64,000 nt of DNA from Eledone cirrhosa (taxonomy: Eukaryota), in assembly GCA_964016885.1 (NCBI GenBank), contig OZ024745.1:6138001-6202000 (forward strand). The letters are read 5' to 3'. Under the pieces are notes generated by a model, which saw only the letters and a list, made by a program, of their open reading frames with translations, was not told where the DNA came from and did no database searches. Position 1 is the first letter of the stretch. Every line of letters starts with the position of its first letter. The translations under genes and the position numbers were made by a program. This document shows, in pieces, positions 15,855-35,008 of the stretch.

Positions 15855-16015
15855 GGACACGACCCAGCACATCACTGGTACTTTATTTTATCGTCGACAG
15901 CGTAAGGATAAAAGGCAAAAATTATCTCAAGTGGGATTAGAACTCAGAACGTAAAAGGCCATAACTTTATGCCGCTAAGCATGTTGTCCGACGCTCTACC
16001 GATCCTGCCAATCCT
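15855..16015 (-). mobile_element. tRNA-derived SINE, diverged copy
   Basis: Minus strand has A box TGGCAGGATCGG, B-box-like GAGTTCTAATCC and core GATAAAATAAAGTACCAGT, matching the copy at 30248. Confidence 0.8.
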
Positions 16016-16477
16016 TTAATATCTCATTACACTTACATCGGAATATTTTTCATTACATTTATTTTGTGTAATTTCCAGAGGTTTACTTTTTGAAATAATC
16101 GTTTCTAATTTGGCAGCAAAGTTGTCAATATAAGAAGGTAAATATCGGGGTTTGTCCCCCTTTTTCGTACCGGTCACCCTCAACACCTCAGTCCTTGATG
16201 AAATCGGAAAGACAACAATCCGCCTGAAGAAAATTATTAAATGTTTCGTCCCTAAGATAGTTTAGATATTAGTTGAGGTGGAGTGGCGGGTGTAGCGGGT
16301 GTCGTTGGCCCTGCTCCATGACAAAGACCTCACCATTCCATCTGTGAGATACGACCGAAACACCACCCAATCAGGGATGTACAGTTTCTCCCTTCCTTTC
16401 CTTCGTTGGTTAATACTCTTTTTCTTTTTCTGTTTTCTTTAAAATATTTTTTTATGTTCTGAGTTCAAATCACGCCG

Positions 16478-17807
16478 TGTGGTGGTGGTAGTGGTGGTGG
16501 TGTGGTGGTGGTGGTGGTGGTGGTGTGGTGGTGGTGTGGTGGTGGTGGTGGTGGTGGTGGTGTGGTGGTGGTGTGGTGGTGGTGGTGGTGGTGGTGGTGT
16601 GGTGGTGGTGTGGTGGTGGTGGTGGTGTGGTGGTGGTGTGGTGGTGGTGGTGGTGGTGGTGGTGTGGTGGTGGTGTGGTGGTGGTGGTGGTGTGGTGGTG
16701 GTGGTGGTGGTGGTGGTGGTGGTGGTGGTGGTGGTGGTGGTGTGGTGGTGGTGTGGTGGTGGTGGTGGTGGTGGTGGTGTGGTGGTGGTGTGGTGGTGGT
16801 GGTGGTGGTGGTGGTGTGGTGGTGGTGTGGTGGTGGTGGTGGTGGTGTGGTGGTGGTAGTGGTGGTGGTGTGGTGGTGGTGGTGTGGTGGTGGTGTGGTG
16901 GTGGTGGTGGTGGTGTGGTGGTGGTAGTGGTGGTGGTGTGGTGGTGGTGGTGGTGGTGTGGTGGTGGTGGTGGTGGTGTGGTGGTGGTGGTGGTGGTGTG
17001 GTGGTGGTGGTGGTGGTGTGGTGGTGGTGGTGTTGGTGGTGGTGGTGGTGGTGTGGTGGTGGTGTGGTGGTGGTGGTGGTGGTGGTGGTGTGGTGGTGGT
17101 GTGGTGGTGGTGGTGGTGGTGTGGTGGTGGTAGTGGTGGTGGTGTGGTGGTGGTGGTGGTGGTGTGGTGGTGGTGGTGGTGGTGTGGTGGTGGTGGTGGT
17201 GGTGTGGTGGCGGTGTGGTGGGGGGGGGGGGGGGGGGGGGTGGTGGGGGGAGGGGGGGGGGGGGGGGGGTAGTGGTGGTGGTAGTGGTAGTGGCGATGGT
17301 GTGGTGGTGGTGGTGGTGGTGGCGTGGTGGTGGTGGTGGTGGTGTGGTGGTGGTGGGGGTAGTGGTGGTGGTGTGGTGGTGTGGTGGTGGTGGTGGTGTG
17401 GTGGTGGCGTGGTGGTGGTGGTGGTGGTGTGGTGGTGGTGGTGGTGGTGGTGGTGTGGGGGGTAGTGGTGGTGGTGGTGTGGTGGCGTGGTGGTGGTGGT
17501 GTGGTGGGCGTAGTGGTGGTGTGGTGGTGGTGGGGGGGGGGGGGGGTGTTGGTGGTGGTGGTGGTGGTGATGGTGGTGTGGTGGTGGTGGTGGTGGTGGT
17601 GGTGGTGGTGTGGTGGTGGTGGTGGTGGTAGTGGTGGTGGTGTGGTGGTGGTGGTGGTGGTGATGGTGGTGTGGTGGTGGTGGTGTGGTGGTGGTGGTGT
17701 TGGTGGTGGTGGTGGTGGTGATGGTGGTGTGGTGGTGGTGGTGGTGGTGGTGGTGGTGTGGTGGTGGTGGTGGTGGTAGTGGTGGTGTGGTGGTGGTGGT
17801 GGTGGTG
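16478..17807. repeat. (GGT)n microsatellite with GT interruptions and G runs
   Basis: Directly visible; explains the poly-P/H/T and V/W/G ORFs. Confidence 0.98.
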
Positions 17808-18164
17808 TTAAAGATGATGGTGAAGGGAAGTACAATACATATGGTGCTCATGTTTTCCTTAGTTTACTCTTTTTTCTCTTCTTCCCTCACTCCTTCCTTC
17901 CCCCATCATTTCCCCACTTCACCCCTCTCCTCCCTCTCCCCTCATCCCCCTTCCACCTCCACTCCCCTCTTCCTCTTAACCTACCCCCCTCTCCACCCTC
18001 GACCCCCTCTTTCCCTTACCATACCCCCTCTCCCCGACCCCCTCCCTTGTTCTTATTCTCTACAATGTATTTATTTGCTTGTTTAAAGTCGCTCATGTTG
18101 GTTTTTCCTTTTTACATCTCTTTACATTCTTATACAATGTATTGTGTTGTTGTTGTCGTTGTTG

Positions 18165-20700
<2,536 letters not shown>

Positions 20701-20819
20701 TGTACTGGTTAGTGGTAATTTACAGCCAACATGTAGTGTTCAGCTGTACAGTAAACACTTTATTATTTCCACCTTCTATGCCAGGTGTCGTTACTGGATC
20801 TCCACTGTTACACCTCAAA

Positions 20820-21062
20820 TATATACAATCTCTCTCTCTATATATATATACAATCTCTCTCTCTCTCTCTATATATATATACAATCTCTCTCTCTATATA
20901 TATATATATACAATCTCTCTCTCTCTCTCTATATATATATATACAATCTCTCTCTCTCTATATATATATATATACAATCTCTCTCTCTATATATATATAT
21001 ACAATCTCTCTCTCTCTCTCTCTATATATATATACAATCTCTCTCTCTATATATATATACAA

Positions 21063-21098
<36 letters not shown>

Positions 21099-21103
21099 CA
21101 ATG

Positions 21104-21137
<34 letters not shown>

Positions 21138-21206
21138 CAATCTCTCTCTCTATATATATATATATATACAATGTCTCTCTCTCTCTCTCTATATATATAT
21201 ATACAA

Positions 21207-21246
<40 letters not shown>

Positions 21247-22126
21247 CAATCTCTCTCTATATATATATATACAATCTCTCTCTATATATATATACAATCT
21301 CTCTCTATATATATATACAATCTCTCTCTCTCTATATATATACAATCTCTCTCTCTCTATATATATATACAATGTCTCTCTCTCTCTCTATATATATATA
21401 TACAATGTCTCTCTCTCTCTATATATATATACAATCTCTCTCTCTCTCTCTCTATATATATATACAATCTCTCTCTCTCTATATATATATATACAATCTC
21501 TCTCTCTCTATATATATATATATACAATCTCTCTCTCTATATATATATATATATACAATCTCTCTCTATATATATATATACAATCTCTCTCTCTATATAT
21601 ATATATATACAATCTCTCTCTCTATATATATATATACAATCTCTCTCTCTCTCTATATATATATATACAATCTCTCTCTCTATATATATATACAATCTCT
21701 CTCTCTCTATATATATCTATATATACAATCTCTCTCTCTCTCTATACAATCTCTCTCTCTCTATATATATATACAATCTCTCTCTCTATATATATACACA
21801 ATCTCTCTCTCTATATATATATATATATACAATCTCTCTCTATATATATATACAATCTCCCTCTCTCTCTCTATATATATATACAATCTCTCTCTCTCTC
21901 TATATATATATATATACAATCTCTCTCTCTCTCTATATATATATATACAATCTCTCTCTCTCTATATATATATATATACATATACAATCTCTCTCTATAT
22001 ATATATATACAATCGCTCTCTCTATATATATATACAATCTCTCTCTCTCTCTATATATATATATACAATCTCTCTCTCTATATATATATATACAATCTCT
22101 CTCTCTCTCTCTATATATATATACAA

Positions 22127-22162
<36 letters not shown>

Positions 22163-22196
22163 CAATCTCTCTCTCTCTATATATATATATATACAA

Positions 22197-22228
<32 letters not shown>

Positions 22229-22347
22229 CAATCTCTCTCTCTCTCTATATATATATATATACAATCTCTCTCTCTCTCTATATATATATATACAATCTCT
22301 CTCTCTCTATATATATACACAATCTCTCCAACTATATATATATACAA

Positions 22348-22379
<32 letters not shown>

Positions 22380-22589
22380 CAATCTCTCTCTCTATATATA
22401 TATATACAATTTCTCTCTCTATATATATACAATCTCTCTCTCTGTATATATATATATACAATCTCTCTCTCTATATATATATATGCAATCTCTCTCTCTA
22501 TATATATATACAATCTCTCTCTCTATATATATAACAATCTCTCTCTATATATATATATACAATCTCTCTCTCTATATATATATATACAA

Positions 22590-22623
<34 letters not shown>

Positions 22624-22672
22624 CAATGTCTCTCTCTCTCTCTATATATTATATATATATATATATATACAA

Positions 22673-22708
<36 letters not shown>

Positions 22709-22746
22709 CAATGTCTCTCTCTCTCTCTATATATATATATATACAA

Positions 22747-22810
<64 letters not shown>

Positions 22811-22917
22811 CTCTCTCTCTATATATATATACAATCTCTCTCTATATATATATACAATCTCTCTCTCTATATATATATATACAATGTCTCTCTCTCTCTA
22901 TATATATATATATACAA

Positions 22918-22955
<38 letters not shown>

Positions 22956-22958
22956 CAA

Positions 22959-23002
<44 letters not shown>

Positions 23003-23506
23003 CAATCTCTCTCTCTATATATATATATATATACAATCTCTCTCTCTCTATATATATATATATACAATCTCTCTCTATATATATATACAATCTCTCTCTA
23101 TATATATATACAATCTCTCTCTCTATATATATATATATATACAATCTCTCTCTCTCTCTCTATATATATATATACAATCTCTCTCTCTCTCTATATATAT
23201 ATACAATCTCTCTCTATATATATATATACAATATCTCTCTCTCTATATATATACAATCTCTCTCTCTCTATATATATATATACAATCTCTCTCTATATAT
23301 ATATACAATCTCTCTCTATATATATATACAATCTCTCTCTCTATATATATATACAATCTCTCTCTCTCTATATATATATATATATACAATCTCTCTCTCT
23401 CTCTATATATATATATATACAATCTCTCTCTATATATATATATACAATCTCTCTCTCTCTATATATATTATATACAATCTCTCTCTCTATATATATATAT
23501 ATACAA

Positions 23507-23540
<34 letters not shown>

Positions 23541-24737
23541 CAATCTCTCTCTCTCTATATATATATATACAATCTCTCTCTCTATATATATATATATATA
23601 TACAATCTCTCTCTCTCTCTCTATACAATCTCTCTCTCTATATATATATATATATACAATCTCTCTCTCTATATATATATATATATACAATCTCTCTCTC
23701 TCTCTATATATATATATACAATCTCTCTCTCTATATATATATACAATCTCTCTCTCTATATATATATATATATACAATCTCTCTCTCTCTCTCTATACAA
23801 TCTCTCTCTCTCTCTATATATATATACAATCTCTCTCTCTATATATATATACAATCTCTCTCTCTCTCTATATATATATATACAATCTCTCTCTATATAT
23901 ATATACAATCTCCCTCTCTCTCTCTATATATATATACAATCTCTCTCTCTCTATATATATATATATATACAATCTCTCTCTCTCTATATATACAATCTCT
24001 CTCTCTCTATATATATATATACAATCTCTCTCTATATATATATATATATACAATCTCTCTCTCTATATATATATACAATCGCTCTCTCTATATATATATA
24101 CAATCTCTCTCTCTCTATATATATATATATATACAATCTCTCTCTCTCTCTCTATATATATATACAATCTCTCTCTCTCTCTATATATATATATATACAA
24201 TCTCTCTCTCTCTCTATATATATATATACAATCTCTCTCTCTCTCTATATATATATATATACAATCTCTCTCTCTCTCTATATATATATATACAATCTCT
24301 CTCTATATATATATACAATCTCTCTCTATATATATATACAATCTCTCTCTCTATATATATATATATATACAATCTCTCTCTCTCTCTCTATATATATATA
24401 TACAATCTCTCTCTCTCTCTCTATATATATATACAATCTCTCTCTATATATATATATACAATATCTCTCTCTCTATATATATATACAATCTCTCTCTCTC
24501 TATATATATATATACAATCTCTCTCTATATATATATACAATCTCTCTCTATATATATATACAATCTCTCTCTCTCTATATATATATACAATCTCTCTCTC
24601 TCTCTATATATATATATACAATCTCTCTCTCTCTATATATATATATATACAATCTCTCTCTATATATATATATACAATCTCTCTCTCTATATATATATAT
24701 ATATATACAATCTCTCTCTCTATATATATATATACAA

Positions 24738-24771
<34 letters not shown>

Positions 24772-25613
24772 CAATCTCTCTCTCTCTCTATATATATATA
24801 TACAATCTCTCTCTCTCTATATATATATATATATACAATCTCTCTCTCTCTCTCTATACAATCTCTCTCTCTCTCTATATATATATATACAATCTCTCTC
24901 TCTCTATATATATATATATACAATCTCTCTCTCTCTCTATATATATATATACAATCTCTCTCTCTATATATATATACAATCTCTCTCTCTCTATATATAT
25001 ATATATACAATCTCTCTCTCTCTCTCTATACAATCTCTCTCTCTATATATATATATATACAATCTCTCTCTATATATATATATACAATCTCTCTCTCTCT
25101 ATATATATATATATACAATCTCTCTCTATATATATATACAATCTCCCTCTCTCTCTATATATATATATACAATCTCTCTCTCTCTATATATATATATATA
25201 TACAATCTCTCTCTCTCTATATATACAATCTCTCTCTCTATATATATATATATACAATCTCTCTCTCTCTATATATATATATATACAATCTCTCTCTATA
25301 TATATATATACAATCGCTCTCTCTATATATATATACAATCTCTCTCTCTCTATATATATATATATATACAATCTCTCTCTCTCTCTATATATATATATAC
25401 AATCTCTCTCTCTCTATATATATATATATATACAATCTCTCTCTCTCTATATATATATATATACAATCTCTCTCTCTCTCTCTCTATATATATATACAAT
25501 CTCTCTCTCTCTCTATATATATATATACAATCTCTCTCTCTCTATATATATACAATCTCTCTCTATATATATATATATACAATCTCTCTCTCTCTATATA
25601 TATATATATACAA

Positions 25614-25645
<32 letters not shown>

Positions 25646-25764
25646 CAATCTCTCTCTCTCTATATATATATATATATACAATCTCTCTCTCTCTATATAT
25701 ATATATATACAATCTCTCTCTATATATATATATACACAATCTCTCTCTCTATATATATATACAA

Positions 25765-25798
<34 letters not shown>

Positions 25799-25932
25799 CA
25801 ATCTCTCTCTCTCTATATATATATACAATTTCTCTCTCTATATATATACAATCTCTCTCTCTCTATATATATATATACAATCTCTCTCTCTCTATATATA
25901 TATACAATCTCTCTCTCTCTATATATATACAA

Positions 25933-25964
<32 letters not shown>

Positions 25965-26283
25965 CAATCTCTCTCTCTATATATATATACAATCTCTCTC
26001 TATATATATACAATCTCTCTCTATTTATATATACAATCTCTCTCTCTATATATATATATATATATAAAATCTCTCTCTATATATATATATACAATCTCTC
26101 TCTCTCTCTATATATATACAATCTCTCTCTCTATATATATATACAATCTCTCTCTCTATATATATATACAATCTCTCTCTCTATATATATATATACAATC
26201 TCTCTCTCTATATATATATACACAATCTCTCTCTATATATATATATACAATCTCTCTCTCTCTATATATATATATATATGCAA

Positions 26284-26319
<36 letters not shown>

Positions 26320-26955
26320 CAATCTCTCTCTCTCTATATATATATATATATACAATCTCTCTCTATATATATACAATCTCTCTCTCTATATATATATACA
26401 ATCTCTCTCTATATATATATATACAATCTCTCTCTCTATATATATATACTATCTCTCTCTCTATATATATATATACAATCTCTCTCTATATATATACAAT
26501 CTTTCTCTATATATATATATACAATCTCTCTCTCTCTCTATATATATATATACAATCTCTCTCTATATATATATACAATCTCTCTCTATATATATATACA
26601 ATCTCTCTCTCTATATATATATACAATCTCTCTCTATATATATATACAATCTCTCTCTCTCTATATATATACAATCTCTCTCTCTATATATACAATCTCT
26701 CTCTATTTATATATACAATCTCTCTCTCTCTCTATATATATATATATACAATCTCTCTCTCTATATATATATACAATCTCTCTCTCTCTATATATATATA
26801 TACAATCTCTCTCTCTATATATATATATACAATCTCTCTCTCTATATATACAAACTGTCTCTCTCTATATATATATACAATCTCTCTCTCTATATATATA
26901 CAATCTCTCTCTCTCTATATATATATATACAATCTCTCTCTATTTATATATACAA

Positions 26956-27047
<92 letters not shown>

Positions 27048-27366
27048 CTCTCTCTCTCTATATATATATATACAATCTCTCTCTCTCTATATATATATAC
27101 AATCTCTCTCTATATATATATACAATCTCTCTTTATTTATATATACAATCTCTCTCTCTCTATATATATATATATATACAATCTCTCTCTCTCTATATAT
27201 ATATATATACAATCTCTCTCTCTATATATATATATACAATCTCTCTCTCTCTATATATATATATATACAATCTCTCTCTATATATATATATACAATCTCT
27301 GTCTCTCTCTATATATACAATCTCTCTCTATATATATATACAATCTCTCTCTCTATATATATATAA

Positions 27367-27400
<34 letters not shown>

Positions 27401-27645
27401 CAATCTCTCTATATATATACAATCTCTCTCTCTATATATATATACAATCTCTGTCTCTATCTCTCTATATATATATACAATCTCTGTCTCACTCTATATA
27501 TATACAATCTATGTCTCTCTCTATATATATATACAATCTCTGTCTCTCTCTCTCTATATATATATACAATCTCTGTCTCTCTATATATATACAAACTCTT
27601 TCTCTCTCTCTATATATATATATACAATCTCTCTCTCTCTCTCTC
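20820..27645. repeat. Compound microsatellite array CAA(TC)n(TA)m, left block
   Basis: Hundreds of ~20-35-bp units caatctctc...tatatata. Confidence 0.98.
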
Positions 27646-30237
27646 AACTCTCTCAAGACACTCAACTTTGTGACATCCTCAGAGCGGTTGCCAGGAAAAC
27701 AGCCACTTATGTTTTTATTGCAGGAGACTTCAATCACCCTGAGATTGACTGGGAAACCTTTCGTTGGCCGCCAAGTGCAAATGACTTCCTTGAGCTGGTG
27801 CTGGACTCGAGTTGGTCCCAAGTAGTCACCTCCTCAACAAGAGGTGACAACACTTTGGACCTACTCTTCACCACTACTCCTGAAACGGTCATTAGTGTTA
27901 CTGCTGAGGAACCTATAGGTGACTCTGATCATGCTATGATCATTGCCAATCTATCCCTCATGGGCAGTAACAAGAACCACAACCATCTCCAAACTGCTCA
28001 CTTTGACTGGAATAAAGCAGACTGGAACTGTTACTGCACCGAGCTGCAACGTCCAAACTGGCTTGAGTTCTACGACTCTGGAGATGTCAACACTGTACTC
28101 CAGAACATCCTGAGCTCAATATGGACAGCATATGCAGCATCGGTGCCACGTAAGCGAAAAAAACATCCCAAAAGTGCAATTTGGGAGACTGCAGCAGTCC
28201 GTCTTGCCAGAAAAGAACGGCGCAATGCTGAACGCGAGTATAAACTGCACAAATCAGACATCAATAGGAAGAGGCGAAAAAATCGTCCAACCACCTCAAA
28301 CAGGTGACAAAAAAGGCAGTGCGTCAATTTGAGCAGCGAATAGCAACCAGCCCTGAGAGTAAGGTGTTCTGGAAGTATGTTCACTCAAAGCAGAAGCCTC
28401 ACTCTCCAGTTGGTCCTCTTCACAATCCCCACACAAGCCAGGTTACTGACGACCCCAAGGAATGTGCAGAGCTCATTGCTGAATGCTATGCAGGCATTTT
28501 CACTATTGAAGACCAGAGTGTACCGTCTCCACCACCTATGACACCGGACTCTATTACAACCATGGAATGTACACCTGCAATGCTGTGACGTCACCTAAAA
28601 AATAAACGCAACCATGTCTCTCCTGGTCTTGATGGTGTTACGTACCTGCTTCTTAAACGTGGGGGGAACTTCCTTCTGCACCAGCTATCAAGCTTCTTCC
28701 AATTCTGTCTGAACAACGGTGCTACTCCAGAACAGTGGAAAACTGCCAGTGTCATTCCTCTGTTCAAAAAGGGTGACCGCACATCACCTGTGAACTATCA
28801 TCCAGTCAGTCTTACTAGTTGCATTGCCAAACTGATGGAATCCTGTGTCACAGAAACACTTTGGAACTTCTGGAACTCTCACAGTCTTATCCGGCCCTCG
28901 CAATTTGGATTTATCCCCAATCTAGCTGCTGTGATCAACTTATCAAGTTTCTTGAGGACATCACCCGGATCACTGATGGCGGCTCATGGGTGGATGTTGT
29001 TTACCTTGACTTTGCGAAAGCTTTCAATTCTGTGCCACACAAAAGGCTTATGGCAAAACTCCCTGCAATGGGTGTGAAGGATGATCTTTTTAACTGGTTG
29101 AAGTCCTTCATTCTCAGTCGAAGAGAGGTAGTAACGGTTCTGGGACAGCATTCTTCACCATATGAGATGTCATCTGGTGTACCACATGGATCTGTTCTTG
29201 GTCCCCTTTTGTTTGTGGCATATATTAATGACATAGATGCCAACTTGAAGAATGCCACAGTACTAAAGTACGCAGATGACATCAAGCTGTACCTTGAGAT
29301 AAAAAGGACAGATCCTGAACACTATAGATCTTGCTTGCAGTCTAACCTGGACACAATGCAACAATAGATCTCAGACTGGCAACTCAAGCTAGCTGTGGAC
29401 AAGTGCACCACCATGCATTTTGGGAGTAAAAACCCAGCGTCCACATACCCCCTCCACAGCACTAATATCAAGAAGTCTTCTTGTGAACGTGATCTGGGCA
29501 TTACGGTCAGCAGCGATTTGCGTTGGACGAAGCACATCTCTAAAATTGTCAAGAGGGCTGAGGATGTCTTAGCATCACTCAGCAAGACCTTTGTCAGCCG
29601 CTCTCCAGCTATCTATTTAAGGCTATACATGGCTATGGTGCGGCCACACTTAGAATTTGCGCACCAGTCTGGAACCCCTATCTTACTCAGAACATTGACC
29701 ACCTGGAAACTCTTCAGAGACGTGCAACCAAGCGAATACCCTCCATCAGGGATCTACCATACTCTGAACGCCTTGCTTCCCTGGGCATGGATACATTGAA
29801 GATCCGACGCCTGGCAACTGACTTGGTAAATGCCCACAAAATTGTTAACCATCTTGCCAACAACAACCCTGAGTACCTTTTTGATCTCCATGTGTCTAAC
29901 ACACGTGGACATGCCCACAAAGTCAGAAAACAGCACAGTTCCCATGACTTTCGGAAACATTTTTTCACGCTCAGAGTTGCTGAAGCATGGAACAAACTAC
30001 CTGCATCAGTCGTTAGCTGTCGAGACGCTGCATCCTTTAAGGCCTCCATGCTTCCCGAGATTCGCCAACACTACACCTAATATTCCCCCTCCATACACAT
30101 ACACACATGTATATCATGACTCATACACTATTCACTTCCCTGACATTTGTGTATTATTCTATATACTATACATGCACCTTTGACGAGTTGTAGTGCACCT
30201 GAGCACAGTAATTTCATTATTATTATTGTTATTATTA
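27646..30237 (+). mobile_element. 5'-truncated, decayed CR1-group LINE (APE endonuclease C-half + RT) with (ATT)n tail
   Basis: Motifs across shifting frames: IAGDFNHPEIDW, TRGDNTLDLLFT, SDH, NYHPVSLTS, SQFGF, YLDFAKAFNSVPH, SGVPHGSVLGPLLF, YADD, ERDLG, VRPHLEFA, TRGH, FFTLRV..WNKLP. Several stops and frameshifts. Confidence 0.95.
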
Positions 30238-30247
30238 TATATACAAT

Positions 30248-30436
30248 CGGTGGATTGGCAGTATCGGTAGAGAGTCGGACGCCATGCTTTCCAGCATAGT
30301 TACGTCCCTTTACGATCTGAGTTCAAATCCCGCCGAGGTTGACTTTGCCTTTCATCCTTACGGGGTCGATAAAATAAAGTACCAGTAATGCACTGGGTAA
30401 TTGCTGGCCTTGTGCCTAAAGTAGAAACAATTATTA
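30248..30436 (+). mobile_element. tRNA-derived SINE with Nin/Deu-type core, full length
   Basis: A box TGGCAGTATCGG, B box GAGTTCAAATCC, core GCCTTTCATCCTTACGGGGTCGATAAAATAAAGTACCAG. Flanked by a 17-bp direct repeat ATTATTATATATACAAT (30231-30247 and 30430-30446). Confidence 0.9.
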
Positions 30437-33068
30437 TATATACAATATCTGTCTCTCTCTATATATATATACAATCTCTCTCTCTATATATATACAATCT
30501 CTCTCTATATATATACAATCTCTGTCTCTCTATATATATACAATCTCTGTCTCTCTCTATATATATATATACAATCTCCGTCTCTCTCTCTATATATATA
30601 TACAATCTCTGTCTCTCTCTCTATATATATACAATCTCTGTGTCTCTCTATATATACAATCTCTCTCTATATATATACAATCTCTGTCTCTCTCTCTATA
30701 TATATGCAATCTCTCTCTCTATATATACAATCTCTGTCTCTCTCTCTATATATATACAATCTCTGTCTCTCTCTATATGTATATACAATCTCTCTCTCTA
30801 TATATACAATCTCTGTCTCTCTCTATATATATACAATCTCTCTCTCTCTATATATATATACAATCTCTGTCTATCTCTCTCTCTCTCTATATATATATAC
30901 AATCTCTGTCTATCTCTCTATATATATACAATCTCTGTCTCTCTCTATATATATACAATCTCTGTCTCTCTCTCTATATATATACAATCTCTCTCTCTAT
31001 ATATATATACAATCTCTGTCTCTCTCTATATATATATACAATCTCTGTCTATCTCTCTCTATATATATACAATCTCTGTCTCTCTCTCTCTCTATATATA
31101 TATACAATCTCTCTCTCTCTCTATATATATATATACAATCTCTGTCTCTCTCTCTATATATATATATACAATCTCTGTCTATCTCTCTCTCTATATATAT
31201 ATACAATCTCTGTCTATCTCTCTCTCTATATATATACAATCTCTGTCTCTCTCTCTATATATATATATATACAATCTCTCTCTCTCTATATATATATATA
31301 TACAATCTCTGTCTCTCTCTCTCTATATATATATACAATCTCTGTCTATCTCTCTCTCTATATATATATACAATCTCTGTCTATCTCTCTATATATATAT
31401 ATACAATCTCTGTCTCTCTCTCTATATATATATACAATCTCTGTCTCTCTCTCTATATATATATACAATCTCTGTCTCTCTCTCTATATATATATATACA
31501 ATCTCTGTCTATCTCTCTCTCTATATATATATACAATCTCTGTCTATCTCTCTCTCTATATATATACAATCTCTGTCTCTCTCTCTCTCTATATATATAC
31601 AATCTCTGTCTCTCTCTCTCTCTATATATATATACAATCTCTCTCTCTCTCTATATATATATATACAATCTCTGTCTCTCTCTCTATATATATATATACA
31701 ATCTCTGTCTATCTCTCTCTCTATATATATATACAATCTCTGTCTATCTCTCTATATATATATATACAATCTCTGTCTCTCTCTCTATATATATATACAA
31801 ACTCTGTCTCTCTCTCTATATATATATACAATCTCTGTCTCTCTCTCTCTATATATATATACAATCTCTGTCTCTCTCTCTCTATATATACAATCTCTGT
31901 CTCTCTCTCTATATATATATATACAATCTCTGTCTCTCTCTCTATATATATATACAATCTCTGTCTATCTCTCTCTCTATATATATACAATCTGTCTATC
32001 TCTCTCTATATATATATATACAATCTCTGTCTCTCTCTCTCTCTATATATATATATATACAATCTCTGTCTCTCTCTATATATATATACAATCTCTGTCT
32101 CTCTCTCTCTATATATATACAATCTCTGTCTCTCTCTCTATATATATATACAATCTCTGTCTCTCTCTCTCTATATATATATACAATCACTGTCTCTCTC
32201 TCTATATATATATATACAATCTCTGTCTCTCTCTCTATATATATACAATCTCTGTCTCTCTCTCTATATATATATATACAATCTCTGTCTCTCTCTCTAT
32301 ATATATATACAATCTCTGTCTATCTCTCTCTATATATATATACAATCTCTGTCTATCTCTCTCTATATATATATATACAATCTCTGTCTCTCTCTCTCTC
32401 TATATATATATATACAATCTCTGTCTCTCTCTATATATATATACAATCTCTGTCTCTCTCTCTATATATATATACAATCTCTGTCTCTCTCTCTCTATAT
32501 ATATACAATCTCTGTCTCTCTCTCTCTATATATATACAATCTCTGTCTCTCTCTCTATATATATATACAATCTCTGTCTCTCTCTCTCTCTATATATATA
32601 CAATCTCTGTCTATCTCTCTCTATATATATACAATCTCTGTCTCTCTCACAATATATATACAATCTCTGTCTCTCTGTCTATATATATATACAATCTCTC
32701 TCTCTATATATATATACAATCTCTGTCTCTCTCTCTATATATATACAATCTCTGTCTCTCTCTCTCTATATATATATACAATCTCTGTCTCTCTCACTAT
32801 ATATATACAATCTCTGTCTCTCTCTCTCTATATATATATACAATCTCTGTCTCTCTCTCTATATATATATACAATCTCTGTCTCTCTCTCTCTATATATA
32901 TACAATCTCTGTCTCTCTCTCTATATATATACAATCTCTGTCTCTCTCTCTATATATATATACAATCTCTGTCTCTCTCTTTCTCTCTATATATATACAA
33001 TCTCTGTCTCTCTCTCTCTCTATATATATACAATCTCTGTCTCTCTCTCTATATATATACAATCTCTG

Positions 33069-33102
<34 letters not shown>

Positions 33103-33642
33103 CAATCTCTGTCTCTCTCTCTCCCTCTATATATATATATATATACAATCTCTGTCTCTCTCTCTCTATATATATACAATCTCTGTCTCTCTCTATATAT
33201 ATATATACAATCTCTTTCTCTCTCTATATATATATACAATCTCTGTCTCTCTATATATATATATACAATCTCTGTCTCTCTCTATATATATATACAATCT
33301 CTGTCTCTCTCTCTATATATATATACAATCTCTGTCTCTCTCTCTATATATATATACAATCTCTTTCTCTCTCTATATATATATACAATCTCTCTCTCTA
33401 TATATATATATATACAATCTCTGTCTCTCTCTCTATATATATATACAATCTCTGTCTCACTCTCTATATATATATACAATCTCTGTCTCTCTCTCTATAT
33501 ATATACAATCTCTGTCTCTCTCTCTATATATATATACAATCTCTGTCTCTCTCTTTCTCTCTATATATATACAATCTCTGTCTCTCTCTCTCTATATATA
33601 TATACAATCTCTGTCTCTCTCTCTATATATATACAATCTCTG

Positions 33643-33676
<34 letters not shown>

Positions 33677-34974
33677 CAATCTCTGTCTCTCTCTTTCTCT
33701 CTATATATATACAATCTCTGTCTCTCTCTCTCTCTATATATATACAATCTCTGTCTCTCTCTATATATATATATACAATCTCTTTCTCTCTCTCTATATA
33801 TATACAATCTCTGTCTCTCTATATATATATATACAATCTCTGTCTCTCTCTATATATATATACAATCTCTGTCTCTCTCTCTATATATATATACAATCTG
33901 TCTATCTCTCTCTATATATATATATACAATCTCTGTCTCTCTCTCTCTCTATATATATATATATACAATCTCTGTCTCTCTCTATATATATATACAATCT
34001 CTGTCTCTCTCTCTCTATATATATACAATCTCTGTCTCTCTCTCTATATATATATACAATCTCTGTCTCTCTCTCTCTATATATATATACAATCACTGTC
34101 TCTCTCTCTCTATATATATATACAATCTCTGTCTCTCTCTCTATATATATACAATCTCTGTCTCTCTCTCTATATATATATATACAATCTCTGTCTCTCT
34201 CTCTATATATATATACAATCTCTGTCTATCTCTCTCTATATATATATACAATCTCTGTCTATCTCTCTCTATATATATATATACAATCTCTGTCTCTCTC
34301 TCTCTCTATATATATATATACAATCTCTGTCTCTCTCTCTATATATATACAATCTCTGTCTCTCTCTCTATATATATATACAATCTCTGTCTCTCTCTCT
34401 CTATATATATACAATCTCTGTCTCTCTCTCTCTATATATATACAATCTCTGTCTCTCTCTCTATATATATATACAATCTCTGTCTCTCTCTCTCTCTATA
34501 TATATACAATCTCTGTCTATCTCTCTCTATATATATACAATCTCTGTCTCTCTCACAATATATATACAATCTCTGTCTCTCTGTCTATATATATATACAA
34601 TCTCTCTCTCTATATATATATACAATCTCTGTCTCTCTCTCTATATATATACAATCTCTGTCTCTCTCTCTCTATATATATATACAATCTCTGTCTCTCT
34701 CACTATATATATACAATCTCTGTCTCTCTCTCTCTATATATATATACAATCTCTGTCTCTCTCTCTATATATATATACAATCTCTGTCTCTCTCTCTCTA
34801 TATATATACAATCTCTGTCTCTCTCTCTATATATATACAATCTCTGTCTCTCTCTCTATATATATATACAATCTCTGTCTCTCTCTTTCTCTCTATATAT
34901 ATACAATCTCTGTCTCTCTCTCTCTCTATATATATACAATCTCTGTCTCTCTCTCTATATATATACAATCTCTG

Positions 34975-35008
<34 letters not shown>

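Noticed and set aside
16311-16384. HHR-like fold ctg-CTCCATGA...GAAA...TA-cag
   Set aside because: Core has an insertion and a substitution, and stem I is only 3 bp; too degenerate to call.
30248-30335. tRNA-like A/B boxes
   Set aside because: SINE head; no cloverleaf, and multiple diverged copies occur in the window.
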